The notes beneath the pieces are model-generated. The model searched no databases, had not been told where the DNA came from, and was given only the letters and a program-made list of their open reading frames with translations. Source: Phoronis australis (taxonomy: Eukaryota > Animalia > Phoronida). Taken from it: DNA of 64,000 nucleotides. The stretch covers positions 1 through 64,000 of the forward strand of contig NMRA01000201.1 in the NCBI GenBank assembly GCA_002633005.1, in the 5' to 3' direction. The position numbers and the translations under genes are program-made. Below are positions 52,101 to 62,414 of this stretch, one piece after another. Each line of letters opens with the position of its first letter. Position 1 is the stretch's first letter.

Positions 52101-55100
52101 TTAAGTCTTCCTCACGCCACAATTACCTACGGTTGTAACGAAAAAGAAAGACGTTTTGCTGCATTTTTTGGTATTTCAGCAACCCTTGTGGCATTTTAAT
52201 TTGTATTGCATTTTTTGATAGTGGATTGCTGGAATGGGCCAGATGGTATGCCGGTCATCTGGCATGGCTACACACTGACCACTAAGATCAAGTTTGAGCA
52301 AGTACTTAAGGCCATCAGGGACAACGCGTTTCTCACCTCCGAGTAAGTTAGTGCTTAAACGATATACTACAGACCATGTGATTTCTCGTAAAATTGAAAC
52401 TGGACAAGGTTTTATTTTGAGTTTCAGCTATGCTATTTTCTTGTTAAGTATGGCCTTATTTTGACATTGTGGACCTAGTCGAATAAAATTAAAATGCGAA
52501 TATTGATTAAAAAAATGATGTTAAGGAGGCCAGCTCTTACATAAAAATAACTTATTTTTAATTGCTTTGAAAATTATTACCAGGATATGGATCTGATCAA
52601 TCTTAATTGTTCTCAACTCCACATGACATCACTCTGGTCAGTGAGTAAGGAAGGAGTTAAAGGCATCAGTTTTTTACCACCTTGCACATTAGTTTTGAGA
52701 AATGTGTGTAGTTAAAGCTATAATAGCTTCGTTTTAATGTCAACATGGTTGCGAATACTTCCATTATGTTCCAACCATCTGTCAAGAAGAAACTTTTTGA
52801 TTTAGACTAATATGTTAATAAAGCTGGCCTCTAATTGTCCCTTGCTTAGAAATAATTTCTGGCCCTGGGAAGGTCTGGCAATTTGTTACCACTCGAGACC
52901 AGGCTGGGTAAGCTGGTGTGATTACACAGGTCATTGTATTTCCCGAGCATGGTCTCGAGCAATAACAAACTCTCAGTACTTCCCAATTCCAGAAATCCCT
53001 TCTAACTAAAGAACAACTTGATGTCAGTTTTGTAAGAGTAAGTGATCTATCTCTTTTTCTGACACAAGACTGCTCCTCAATACAACAATGATCCTTTCCA
53101 GGTGTTTCTACATTTTTGTTGGTTTTTATCAGGTATCCTGTCATCTTGTCTATAGAGAATCACTGCCTGTTACCACAGCAAAGAAACATGGCCAAGGCGT
53201 TTAAAGAAATATTTGGAGGTTTGCATTAAGTTAACAACCAGTTTTTATTTGACGTTCCGGTCCTATTTGTTATCATCATCATGGAAATGTTGTCCGTAAA
53301 CTAGTCAAAATGCTACCGCCTAATATTGTTGTTCTTTATTTTTTCATTGATAGTGAGGTTTAATTTAGGTGTCATTGCTTACGGTATAATGCAGTTTTCC
53401 AAGTCATTACTACTGGTAACTCTTAAGGCACTACGTTTGTTAAAACCTTGAATGTTTTACTATGGACTCCTTTGTTTTGGTTTGTTACTTCGTCAAGTTT
53501 ACGCTTTTTATTACACCCGATAAAGGAATGAACCAATTGAAGTTAGTGATTGTTTTAAAAGGAGGATTTGCTGCTGCTTACTTGGTCATTCCAGTTTAAG
53601 TTTGTAATCTTGACCAAGGATCTCAACTTAATCTAATTTAGCGCTCTTGGGTGATTCATGACTGGATTCTCATGTGGAATATGTGAATGTAATTAGTTTT
53701 AACGCGTGACTTTTCAATAATTTGTGCATAATCACTCAGTGTTCACAATAAAACTAACGCACTTTTTTAGATTGGGTCTTTACTTAGTTAAGGCTGCTAT
53801 AATCCTGCCTTCCGTTCAATAAACTAACTTTTGATGTGGTTTCTGGACTGATACTTCCTTATTGCTTGAGATCATGCTTGGCACATGACAAATTAACTTG
53901 CCGAGCCTGGTCTGAAGCAACAACGAAAAATCATCTCTAATTTGGGACCAATTTCGGAACGCTAAATGCTGTAAATTAAAAGTTAGTTTTTACCACGGAA
54001 GTCTAGTTTATAGCTATAATTATATCTGTACACTGCTCGCTGTTTTCGTGTTTGAGTAGTTCTCCATGACCATCATCATTTCGGTCGTTGCAGACATGCT
54101 ACTTACCAAAGTTTTGGACGAAGATGCCACACACATGCCCTCACCTAACCAACTGAAGGGAAAAATCATTCTCAAGGTAGGCACTGATTTTATTACAATA
54201 TTACCAACATCATCATCATTTTCATCGGCATTTATCTAATGGGAGTAGGATTGGCATTGATTTACATTTAGTGGTAGTTTTTAAAATTTCTATTTCATAC
54301 AAGATGTGGCACTGACTGCTATAGTTATGTCATAGCTTATTTTTTAGTTTTTATTTGTACTCGATATTTATATGTACAACACAAAATAATTCTTGATTTT
54401 TTTTACATGATATTGTATGCTAATTATATGTATGTTTATATTTTGGTAATCTTGTATATATCACTAAGATTCTTGGTACTTTTGTTTAATTACTAGTGTA
54501 AGTCTTGTTAGGTGGCCTCTTTTTATTCTGAGGATGATGTTGGCACATCAAAACATGTCAACACTGCTAAATACATCTCGTTATTTTTCGTAACATGTAT
54601 TTATGTCCTTATTTTTAATGCCTGGGCCTAAAAGTCACTTGTCTTACATTATATCTTCTGCGTTTAACATTTAAAAAAGTAAGCATAGGTCATGAAGACA
54701 CATCATCTTGAAACTATATTGACACTGCTGTGAGACTTTAGCTCTGCGATGCTCTTTTTGTCGAATGTTTAGAAGCCAAATGACATGTTTTTCTGCCTAA
54801 TTATGTCAAATGGTGTAATTTTTTTCATAATGGGATATGAAGCTATTTTCTTGTTAACAGCTGTGCTGGGTCATGCAACACTTTGGAAGATAAGTTTGAT
54901 TGTTGCATGATATCAAAAACCTTGTTCAGTAAGTTCTATATAACTTACATGTTGCTAGGATCCTGATTTTTAAACTCTGTTTGTCACTCTAACAGCACAG
55001 GAAATTACAAGAGGGAGAGGGCACAGAATGGCGGGAACAGTTGCCAGCAGACGACAGTGCGTGTAAGTCTAGACAAAACCTCTTAATTGTTCGCTAACAT

Positions 55101-58100
55101 CGACTGTACATAGGCTTTGAACTTGGTTACATTCAAAATGATGTTCATTTCTGCATTTCTGGTTACCTAGTGTATTCATTCTCCCAAATAAGACAGGACT
55201 GTATTCCATAATGCAAAACACTTCCAACACACTTGTACCAGGTAATCTGCATTTATGGCATAGACCTTGTGAATTTTCTACCGTACTTCATCATTCAAGC
55301 CTCGACATCATATGAGTTCAGTGACGGGCAAAATGCTCGCCTTTCTCTAGCATTATTTTACGTAGTCTTTCGTGATCTCTCTTTTCTCACAAGAAACTTG
55401 CTCTACCGAACGCATTCTAGGTCATAAGCGGATCCAGGGGGCGTCAAGAGGTCTGTACCTCCTTTTTTCCTTGATTTTAGTGATATCAAATCTAAAATTT
55501 TCAAATAGTTGACTTGGATCCTCCATTTTTAAAAAAAATCCTTGATCCAACCCCCCTTTTAAAAATCCTGGATACACCCCTGTAGGTATAGCTCAGCAGC
55601 CATGGCTTTTCATTTTGGCTACTCTCAGCAAGAACGTTTTGTATTGTATTTTCCGATTGAAAATGGTGAAATTTTCCTGTAGAAATTCAAGTGATCTGCT
55701 AGACATCTTGTTTGCGTATCCGAGAACGATTGAGTTTACGATGCTCAAATAGTATTCTACCATCTTTCTCTTCTGCTTGTTAGTGATTTGCTGGATGTCA
55801 CCAATTCATTTTTTTCTTCAGCTATTATGTTGGACTCTGATCTGCTTTCATCTGTCAGAAATGGTATCCTGTACTTAGAGGACCCTATTGACCATGTGAG
55901 TAGGACTTGTATTATGACAGCTCATCCTTAACATAGTGTGTTTCTGTTAGACAAGCAATGTGATTTTTTGTTATTTTTGTTTTGTTTTTGGAGTACTTTG
56001 TTGCACTGTGCCATCAACATGCAACGTCCAAATGGCTCACCCAAATGTGCAACATGAAAAAAAGCTTTTTTCGATGAAAGGAATCGCGTTCCGTCTTTGA
56101 CCTATCTTATCGAGTTTGCAGCCACAATCTTCAAGTGTTATGCATTGATTGCTGCTACTAGTGTATCATCGGTCACTGATGTTTGCTTTTGACCTTTGAG
56201 TTGGAGAGACCAATCAAGTTGAGACTGTTTATGGATTTGCTAGCTGTGCGAGGCTCTGCTCGTTCGCACCAGTATTGCATACCCTAACAAATCAATTAAA
56301 CAATAGCCATCATGCTCTCTGTGATTCGTCTTCACCAGGAATGGTTCCCGCATTACTTTGTGCTGACTGCAAGCCGTCTGCATTACTCTGAAGAGACGAC
56401 GTCCAGTCACCAGGCTGACGAGGACGAGGCTGATGCAGCAGATACACCGCCCTCTTCTGAAGAGGTAGACATGTTTTGTAATACTCCTAGTTGTTGAGAG
56501 TCAGTGTGACTACTTACCTATCTAGGAGAACAGTGAAAATGAGAATAATTACAGTTGTTGTACTATCCATTCACGAACAACTCTTAGAAAGTAGAAAATG
56601 ATGAAACTTCTTAAAATTTTTTAATTGATATTGATCACTGTTTATGCAATTTGAATGTTACTTTGGCACATCAATTTTGTGGTCCTGGCAAAAAACAAAT
56701 CTTGAAATAAGGCATGTTAATGCTTTGTTGGCTACAGTTATACTGTGGTCAAAGTTCATAGATGCTAGTTGCCACTTATAAACCCTTCTTATGTTATCTT
56801 ACGTTATACTAAGGTTGTGTTGGATTTTATAAAAATGGCCAAATTTGGCCAACTTCAGAACATCATATCTCACAAATGGCTGATCGGATTCAAGTGAAAC
56901 TTTCATATACCATGCTTTATGCACTGTTCTCAAAAATATTATTAGGAACTGTGTTTCAAATGTTCCACTTTTTGCGTGAAGGGCTATCCGAAAATATAAC
57001 CTGTATGATTTTCATGAAAAATTTTTTGAGATCTCACTTTATAAAATTTGATCATGTTATTGATGCTGTTGTTTTGCTATCAATGTACCGTTTTTTGCTA
57101 AATTTTACTAAAAAGGCATGGTCACATTACCCAATTAATAAGAGATTAATAAAAAACCAACAAGCAAATTCTACAAACTTATTGCTTTCAGAAAAATATA
57201 TTTTTACTGAGTTAATATCTGTAGTTTTCCAGATATTCTGCTGAGTGTGCAGAGTTGTCAATAAGTTACTACATAATCTAAATGAGTGTTTTTATCTCTT
57301 TGTGGCCCTCAAATTCAACCAAGACATTTTAACTAGTGAGATTGTTGACGATTGGGTCCAAAGAAATGGTTTTGCAAAGTGAAACTTGAGCGTTTTGTTG
57401 ACTGACTTTAAGTCATCCTCTTATGTGCTGTCCAGGACATGCCAAATGATGAGCTGCACTTCAGTGAGAGGTGGTTTCATGGCAAACTGGAGGGGGGACG
57501 AAAGTGTGCCGAGCAGCTGTTGAAAGATTACGCCCCTCTCGGTGATGGCACCTTTTTGGTGCGCGAGAGTGAGACGTTCGTCGGAGACTTCACCCTGTCC
57601 TTCATGTGAGTCAACACTTAGGCATCCTAGTCAGTATAGGCTACTTGTTATGGTTGAGTCGTAATGAATTTAGAAAATGGCAGTTCGAAAAGAAGGCATA
57701 GTTGGAACACAGTCAATACATTTTCAAAGTCTTCATGAATCTTAGCTCAACAGACCTTACAGATGATTAGTTGACCAAAGAGCTGGTTTGGTGGTCCTCA
57801 TGGTCAACTTGCCTACCGATTGTTATCGCCAAGAGCTGACTGAAAATATACTGAAAACCAGAGAGCCCAACAAGTTCAGACCCACCAACAAACGTTGTCC
57901 TTTTTGATGTTCTTTGATCGTTTTATGCAATTTAGTTTAATTCAATCTTGTTACCAGTGCAATTTACTTGGCCACATATTCAATATCGTCTGTTGACAAC
58001 CGTGTTTTCTTATGGCCAAGAAGCAGACAATCAATTTATTATTGACAGGTAACTGGTTCCGTACATATTGCTTTGTATTTATCAATCAAAAAGTAAATTG

Positions 58101-61100
58101 GTTGAACAGGGTTATCACCTGCATGCCTACAGCATCTACAGGTGATGTATTGACTAACAGAGGATGTACTCTTTTGTCAACTTTTAAGAGGCATCTTTTG
58201 CACAAATCAACAAAATTCAATGAAGTTGGCAGATTGAATTTCACATCTGAAAAAGGTAATTGGCATACGTGACAATATGGTTGGGTTAAGAGTCACTATA
58301 TGCTCATTTTACCTCTGAATTGCTTCTTTCACTAGTGACAATATGGTTTGGTTAAGAGTCGCTATATGCTCATTTTACCTCTGAATTGCTTCTTTCACTA
58401 GTGACAATATGGTTTGGTTAAGAGTCACTATATGCTCATTTTACCTCTGAATTGCTTCTTTCACTAGTGACAATATGGTTTGGTTGAGAGTCACTATATG
58501 CTCATTTTACCTCTGAATTGCTTCTTTCACTAGTGACAATATGGTTGGGTTAAGAGTCACTATATGCTCATTTTACCTCTCAATTGCTTCTTTCACTAGT
58601 GACAATATGGTTGGGTTAAGAGTCACTATATGCTCATTTTACCTCTCAATTGCTTCTTTCACTAGGTGCCAGTGGCTGGTCTTGTGCTACTCGGTCTCAT
58701 GTAAACAAACAGGAAATTTGACTTAGATATTGTTGATATCCTCATATTGTAGGAACTCAAATGAACGACATTAAATAATAAGTGTCTCCTGGATTTAACT
58801 TAGACTTTCTGAAATTAGAGAATTATTGGTTTCTTTTTTACAATTTGAACTGTGTTGGAGAAATGTCTCATTTTGCATAATTTGTCTAATGATTCAGCAG
58901 CTCCTTGTCTGTCGCAAATGGTTCCTCTATGATGTTCTCATATATGCATATGCTAGAGAGAAGCTGCGAAAGCTGTGAAAACATACTCTCTGTGAGGGAT
59001 GGTACCAGAAGTACCTGAATTTTACCAAAGGATGCGGAAGAGCTCTCCTTTAGCTTCAAACTCTGAAACAAAGGGCAAATTTATTTAGATAGTATTGAAC
59101 AATAACTCTTCTCTCCATACATCTAATGGTAGGAACCGTTTTGTTTATCTAATTGTGGTGCATGGCCATATGTTTAATTAAACAGTTGACTACTATATTT
59201 ACTGAGAAGTTGCTTAAAGTGGAACACTTTTCCGAAACATAGCTTCATTCCCCATCCAAATACACACGATTTTGGGGGTGGCCCAGCTAAACTTAGAAGC
59301 TTTGACATGGTTCCACCCACTTATGCAGATTTTATCAAAAATCTTCTTAGTGTGTGATCTCACAATGTCAGGTCCACTGGAACTAACAAATAGTGTGGTG
59401 TGTTTATCAAATGTCTTTTTTGATGATAACAATCAAAAACCAGAAACATTGAAACTATGACTGTGTGGGATCCATAGGCTTATCAAATCCAGAAACTACA
59501 AACCATTATACCCAGGTTAGAAAGAAAGCATTCTTAAATATGTGTAAATTATGGGATGCAAACAAGTAATGTTTACCCATAATCCTGACCTTAACTAATA
59601 GATTTCTGTGAAAAATGTCTTGATTTAATGTATACTTCTCAGGTTTCATAAAAGGTACCTGGTTACAACTGAGGCAAAAATGATTACAAAATGCTCATTT
59701 TTTTCAGTTGTCAGGAGTTTCTAAGAATGGTGCGAATGTCTGTTGTAACTTTTCAAGATATTGCATTACATTAGCTTTAGTACTAACAGAACTTGAAAAT
59801 TGTGAAGCTTTTTTGTGGCATTAATAACACTTCGTAATAAAATGAGAAATTGAAATTTCTCTTGGTCTTCCACATTATGTCCTAAACGAATGCATATTTC
59901 TGTCCCACTAAGAGGTAAACAGACATACATTTAGTTCAGTCAGGTGACCATAGGGGTCGCCATTTCTTTGTGGGAGTTCTATGAGTGATAGTAGTTCTTA
60001 TGTTTTGAAGGTGGCAGGGCAAAAACAACAATCACTGTCGTATCAAGTCGAAGCAGGACCGTGGTCAGATCAAGTACTACCTGATCAGCGACATGCCCTT
60101 CGACAGCCTCTACTCGCTTATCACGCACTACCGCCAGTATCCCCTGCGGAGTCGTGACATGGAGGTTATCCTCAAGGAACCTGTGCCGCAGCCAGAGAGC
60201 CACCTTGGCAAACCGTGAGTATAGCTAGATCTGGTCGGATTTTTGTTTTTTGTGGTCTGAGGTTCTTTGATGAGGGCTCTTGGAAAAGTTCAGACCTTTC
60301 TTGCCGAAAACAATCACTTTCTCACCCAGATGTCATGCACACGTGTATTTATTCATTGTACGAGGCTACTTTTTTGAAGCTATTAATGTGAGGTAATGCT
60401 GGTATCTTTCCTATTAAATAGACATTGCGTAATTATTCAAAAATAATCACTTCATAAAAATAAATTCCAAAATTTTTGTTAACAACGTTGTTGAAAAACT
60501 TTCAACACTTTGCATTGTAGCTCATCCTTGCCAAACAAAATTTTCTGAACAATATTCATGACTAAGATTTTTTTGAAATCCTTTCACTTTCAGAAATGTG
60601 TTTGTGTCTGTTAATGTTTCAGCAAGTTATAAGACTTTGGTGATAAGCATTTGCCAAAATCTTGTACTTGCTTATATCAGAATTTGTGTCTTTGTGTATT
60701 TCTTAGCAAATCAGTCTGCTTTTCAGCAAGTGATGAGCCTTTGGTACCAAACGTTTACCAAAACCTTGGTTGACCAAATTTTTTTTGTTTCCGTCCTGAT
60801 TTCAAAATACGTATTTTTTTCAGCTAGTTATAAGCCATTATTAAGCAAAGATTTGGTAAATCGTGTACATGTCAGTTGAAATTGTTCTTTGTCTCTCAAC
60901 ATGTCAAGATACGTCTGCATTTTAGCTGGTACAATGATGAGGTTGACCGAACAACGGCTGAAGACATGCTGAAGCGAATCCCATGTGACGGAGCATTCTT
61001 GCTCCGTCATACGGAGAGTGACCGCCTCTCTTATGCAATATCGTTCAGGTGATGACGCATGTCACCGCCCTGAGTTTTTATCTCTACAAATTCTTTTGTA

Positions 61101-61996
61101 TCTCTGCTTTGCATTTCCCTGTAGGGACCACAGACAAAACTCCACCACCTTTGCCCATTTATAGTCAAATGCATCAAGCCACAGACTGGTTATTTACCTT
61201 TCTATGTATGGAATGTAGGCAGAGCTTTGTCTGTCGATCCCTTCGTCAGTATAAACTTTCTTCTCTGAACTTTGCTTGAGATGACTTTAGTTGCACTTGT
61301 CTGTGACTGACTGTCAGAGAACAAAGATTTATACTGTTAAATCTATACACTCGTCAGCCATTGTGCAAACCATGGTTCTTATGTTTTTGTTTTAGGTTAT
61401 TTCCTGTTATGTCCGCGTTCTTGTGAAAGCATTTGATGACTGTGTATTTGGCTACAATTGGCAGAAGCCAGTGTTTTGTTCAACAATTTTTGCGAAAAAT
61501 ATAGTCACCCACTTTTCAGAAATTTGGCTTTTGTCTTTAGAAATGAGCCACTTAAAAGTATTTTCAAATAAATTTGAACAATTGAATTGATGAATCACTT
61601 ACTGCTATTGTCAAAAACAAAATGTCAAACCTTTGTTTTGTGTTGTACTTCTGTTCCATGCAGTTGAGAATTTTTTTTAACGATGCACTAAAAATCCTGA
61701 GTTACTTTCTTTTTCTCAATCCTAAACTATCAATGAAGTATTATCAATAATCGTGGTGTGCACGGTGACCTCTGCTTGACCTCTGCTCTTGTCCTACTAA
61801 CATATTGCGGACTTGCCTCCCCTGTGTGTTTAAATTAACAGCATGGTGTTTTGCATGGCAGATGGTATCACGAGAATCTGAGTCGGGAAGATGGAGAAGA
61901 CATGCTCAGTAGGATACCGCGTAACGGTGCTTTTCTGATTCGTCGCCGGGTGGATGAGAGATATTCAAATGCCAAAGAGTATGCCATCTCGTTCAG
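21913..61996 (+). CDS. PLCG1: Phosphoinositide phospholipase C gamma (PLCG1-like), multi-exon gene, 3' end beyond window
   Basis: GT-AG exons spliced in frame give about 700 codons. Domains are nPH, EF-hand region (WLRKEF), X-box with both catalytic His ([13 protein letters not shown]; [20 protein letters not shown]), split-PH (KNGILYL-like), nSH2 (WFHGKL...[17 protein letters not shown]) and the start of cSH2. The symbol is assigned by homology; an invertebrate PLCg would be co-orthologous to PLCG1 and PLCG2. Confidence 0.96.
22675..23607. mobile_element. hAT-type MITE family (CAGTGGCGGATCTAGG...AATCCGCCTATG) with an internal tRNA-like segment
   Basis: Imperfect TIRs. Related sequence at 7038-7295, 34993-35155 and 55424-55582. 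Minus-strand A-box TGGAGCAGTGG and B-box GTTCGAGTC at 22921-22976. Confidence 0.6.
23816..25368. mobile_element. Non-autonomous hAT-like element
   Basis: TIR CAGGGCTCGACATTA / TAATGTCGAGTCCTG, subterminal GGACAA repeats, flanked by direct CAGTG. Confidence 0.7.
26335..26376. repeat. (AAT)n microsatellite
   Basis: About 14 AAT units, one interrupted. Confidence 0.9.
27000..27290. repeat. Old dispersed repeat (other copies ~30180-30500 and ~40385-40560)
   Basis: Shared ccaaatgtaatga...gtcta(t/c)...cagac(g/c)cct and tagcccaatacatctaaa blocks. Confidence 0.55.
27881..29989. mobile_element. 2.1-kb DNA transposon relic, possibly Sola-like
   Basis: TIR GGGCAATTCC/GGAATTGCCC, flanks AGTT/AATT, repeated internal motif GTAC(G/A)TCCGTCAC near 28148 (inverted), 28171, 28184, 29609, 29800 and 29963. 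Confidence 0.55.
33560..34946 (-). mobile_element. Degenerate non-LTR retrotransposon (RTE-X-like) reverse transcriptase fragment
   Basis: ORF 34596-34946 [33 protein letters not shown]...[17 protein letters not shown] matches LINE RT N-terminal motifs (NYRGITLL...QAGFR...DHIF). Decayed sequence continues leftwards and the left boundary is uncertain. Confidence 0.8.
36000..36480 (+). repeat. Dispersed repeat family (gaacatcatat(c/t)tcagaaatg...; copies ~43790-43870, 51255-51680, 56820-57245, inverted ~63150-63300)
   Basis: Shared blocks aacatcatatctcacaaatggctgatcggattc...gaaactttca and aaaacatggtcacat. Confidence 0.7.
40853..41002 (+). CDS. PLCG1: PLCG exon 2 ([49 protein letters not shown])
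   Basis: ttacag acceptor, GTCAGT donor, 150 nt; follows an 18.7-kb intron. Confidence 0.95.
41888..41981 (+). CDS. PLCG1: PLCG exon 3 ([31 protein letters not shown])
   Basis: acacag acceptor, GTGAGT donor, 94 nt. Confidence 0.9.
43164..43671. mobile_element. PIF/Harbinger-like MITE
   Basis: Imperfect TIR AGACCATTTCATACTGAC / GTTAGTATGAAAGGGCCT, A/T-rich 3-bp flanks, repeated internal CGTTCATAC. Confidence 0.55.
45636..45812. mobile_element. 177-bp MITE with perfect 41-bp TIRs
   Basis: aagaatcaataaatctattactggacttacggtacgtggaa at 45636-45676 and its exact reverse complement at 45772-45812. Confidence 0.85.
46543..46590 (+). CDS. PLCG1: PLCG exon 4 ([16 protein letters not shown])
   Basis: ttttag acceptor, GTACGT donor, 48 nt. 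Confidence 0.93.
47292..47373 (+). CDS. PLCG1: PLCG exon 5 ([27 protein letters not shown])
   Basis: ttgtag acceptor, GTAAGG donor, 82 nt. Confidence 0.93.
48502..48579 (+). CDS. PLCG1: PLCG exon 6 ([26 protein letters not shown])
   Basis: tttcag acceptor, GTAATT donor, 78 nt. Confidence 0.88.
49236..49427 (+). CDS. PLCG1: PLCG exon 7 ([10 protein letters not shown]...[12 protein letters not shown]...[18 protein letters not shown])
   Basis: ttccag acceptor, GTAATA donor, 192 nt. Confidence 0.92.
50178..50293 (+). CDS. PLCG1: PLCG exon 8 ([39 protein letters not shown])
   Basis: tttcag acceptor, GTATGT donor, 116 nt. Confidence 0.96.
50328..50438. repeat. 12-bp tandem repeat (GTCTGTAAGACA) x9
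   Basis: Perfect copies, starting 34 nt after the exon 8 donor. Confidence 0.97.
51078..51163 (+). CDS. PLCG1: PLCG exon 9 ([28 protein letters not shown])
   Basis: ccgtag acceptor, GTGAGT donor, 86 nt. Confidence 0.97.
52222..52342 (+). CDS. PLCG1: PLCG exon 10 ([39 protein letters not shown])
   Basis: tgatag acceptor, GTAAGT donor, 121 nt. Confidence 0.96.
53133..53218 (+). CDS. PLCG1: PLCG exon 11 ([28 protein letters not shown])
   Basis: tatcag acceptor, GTTTGC donor, 86 nt. Confidence 0.95.
54094..54176 (+). CDS. PLCG1: PLCG exon 12 ([27 protein letters not shown])
   Basis: ttgcag acceptor, GTAGGC donor, 83 nt. Confidence 0.95.
54996..55062 (+). CDS. PLCG1: PLCG exon 13 ([22 protein letters not shown])
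   Basis: taacag acceptor, GTAAGT donor (alternative GTGCGT after 55056), 67 nt. Confidence 0.88.
55822..55895 (+). CDS. PLCG1: PLCG exon 14 ([24 protein letters not shown])
   Basis: cttcag acceptor, GTGAGT donor, 74 nt. Confidence 0.94.
56339..56464 (+). CDS. PLCG1: PLCG exon 15 ([42 protein letters not shown])
   Basis: caccag acceptor, GTAGAC donor, 126 nt. Confidence 0.94.
57436..57605 (+). CDS. PLCG1: PLCG exon 16, nSH2 first half ([56 protein letters not shown])
   Basis: gtccag acceptor, GTGAGT donor, 170 nt. Confidence 0.97.
58269..58664. repeat. 66-bp tandem repeat x6
   Basis: Units start at 58269, 58335, 58401, 58467, 58533 and 58599, nearly identical. Confidence 0.97.
60011..60214 (+). 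CDS. PLCG1: PLCG exon 17, nSH2 second half ([67 protein letters not shown])
   Basis: ttgaag acceptor, GTGAGT donor, 204 nt. Confidence 0.96.
60926..61048 (+). CDS. PLCG1: PLCG exon 18a, cSH2 N-half variant a ([40 protein letters not shown])
   Basis: ttttag acceptor, GTGATG donor, 123 nt, phase 2-2, no stops. Confidence 0.92.
61862..61996 (+). CDS. PLCG1: PLCG exon 18b, cSH2 N-half variant b ([44 protein letters not shown])
   Basis: tggcag acceptor, GTAACA donor, 135 nt, phase 2-2, no stops; paralogous to 18a. Confidence 0.92.
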
Positions 61997-62223
61997 GTAA
62001 CAAAGAATACTTTTTTAAAGTTCTGCTAGAGTAATGGGACTTCATCGCAAAATGTCTTGTTTTTAAAAACTTATTGTCCATCAAATAGTGTGTCGCTTAC
62101 AAAGTCTGGCATTTTGGCAGCAAAATGTGTCTTGACTATTTTATAAACTTCAGAGAACATCGTAGTAAAGCTTGTTCCAAAATCCCATGATGTGTCTGTA
62201 GAACATTCATAAAAACTGGTAAA

Positions 62224-62414
62224 AAATTTTGTTTAATACTAAACCATTCCAGAGTCATCTAATGATGTAAAATTTTGTTTAATACTAAACCATTCCAGAG
62301 TCATCTAATGATGTAAAATTTTGTTTAATACTAAACCATTCCAGAGTCATCTAATGATGTAAAATTTTATTTAATACTAAACCATTCCAGAGTCATCTAA
62401 TGATGTAAAATTTT
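62224..62414. repeat. 46-bp tandem repeat x4
   Basis: aaattttgtttaatactaaaccattccagagtcatctaatgatgta units at 62224, 62270, 62316 and 62362. Confidence 0.95.

Noticed and set aside
52222-52342. X-box variants DCWNG and IWHGYT as a sign of an inactive PLC
   Set aside because: Both catalytic histidines and the Ca-binding residues in HNTYL.GDQ and CIELD are intact; the changes look conservative.
58269-58664. Regular repeats as a possible CRISPR array (also 62224-62414)
   Set aside because: Head-to-tail units with no unique spacers, in eukaryotic introns, with no cas genes.
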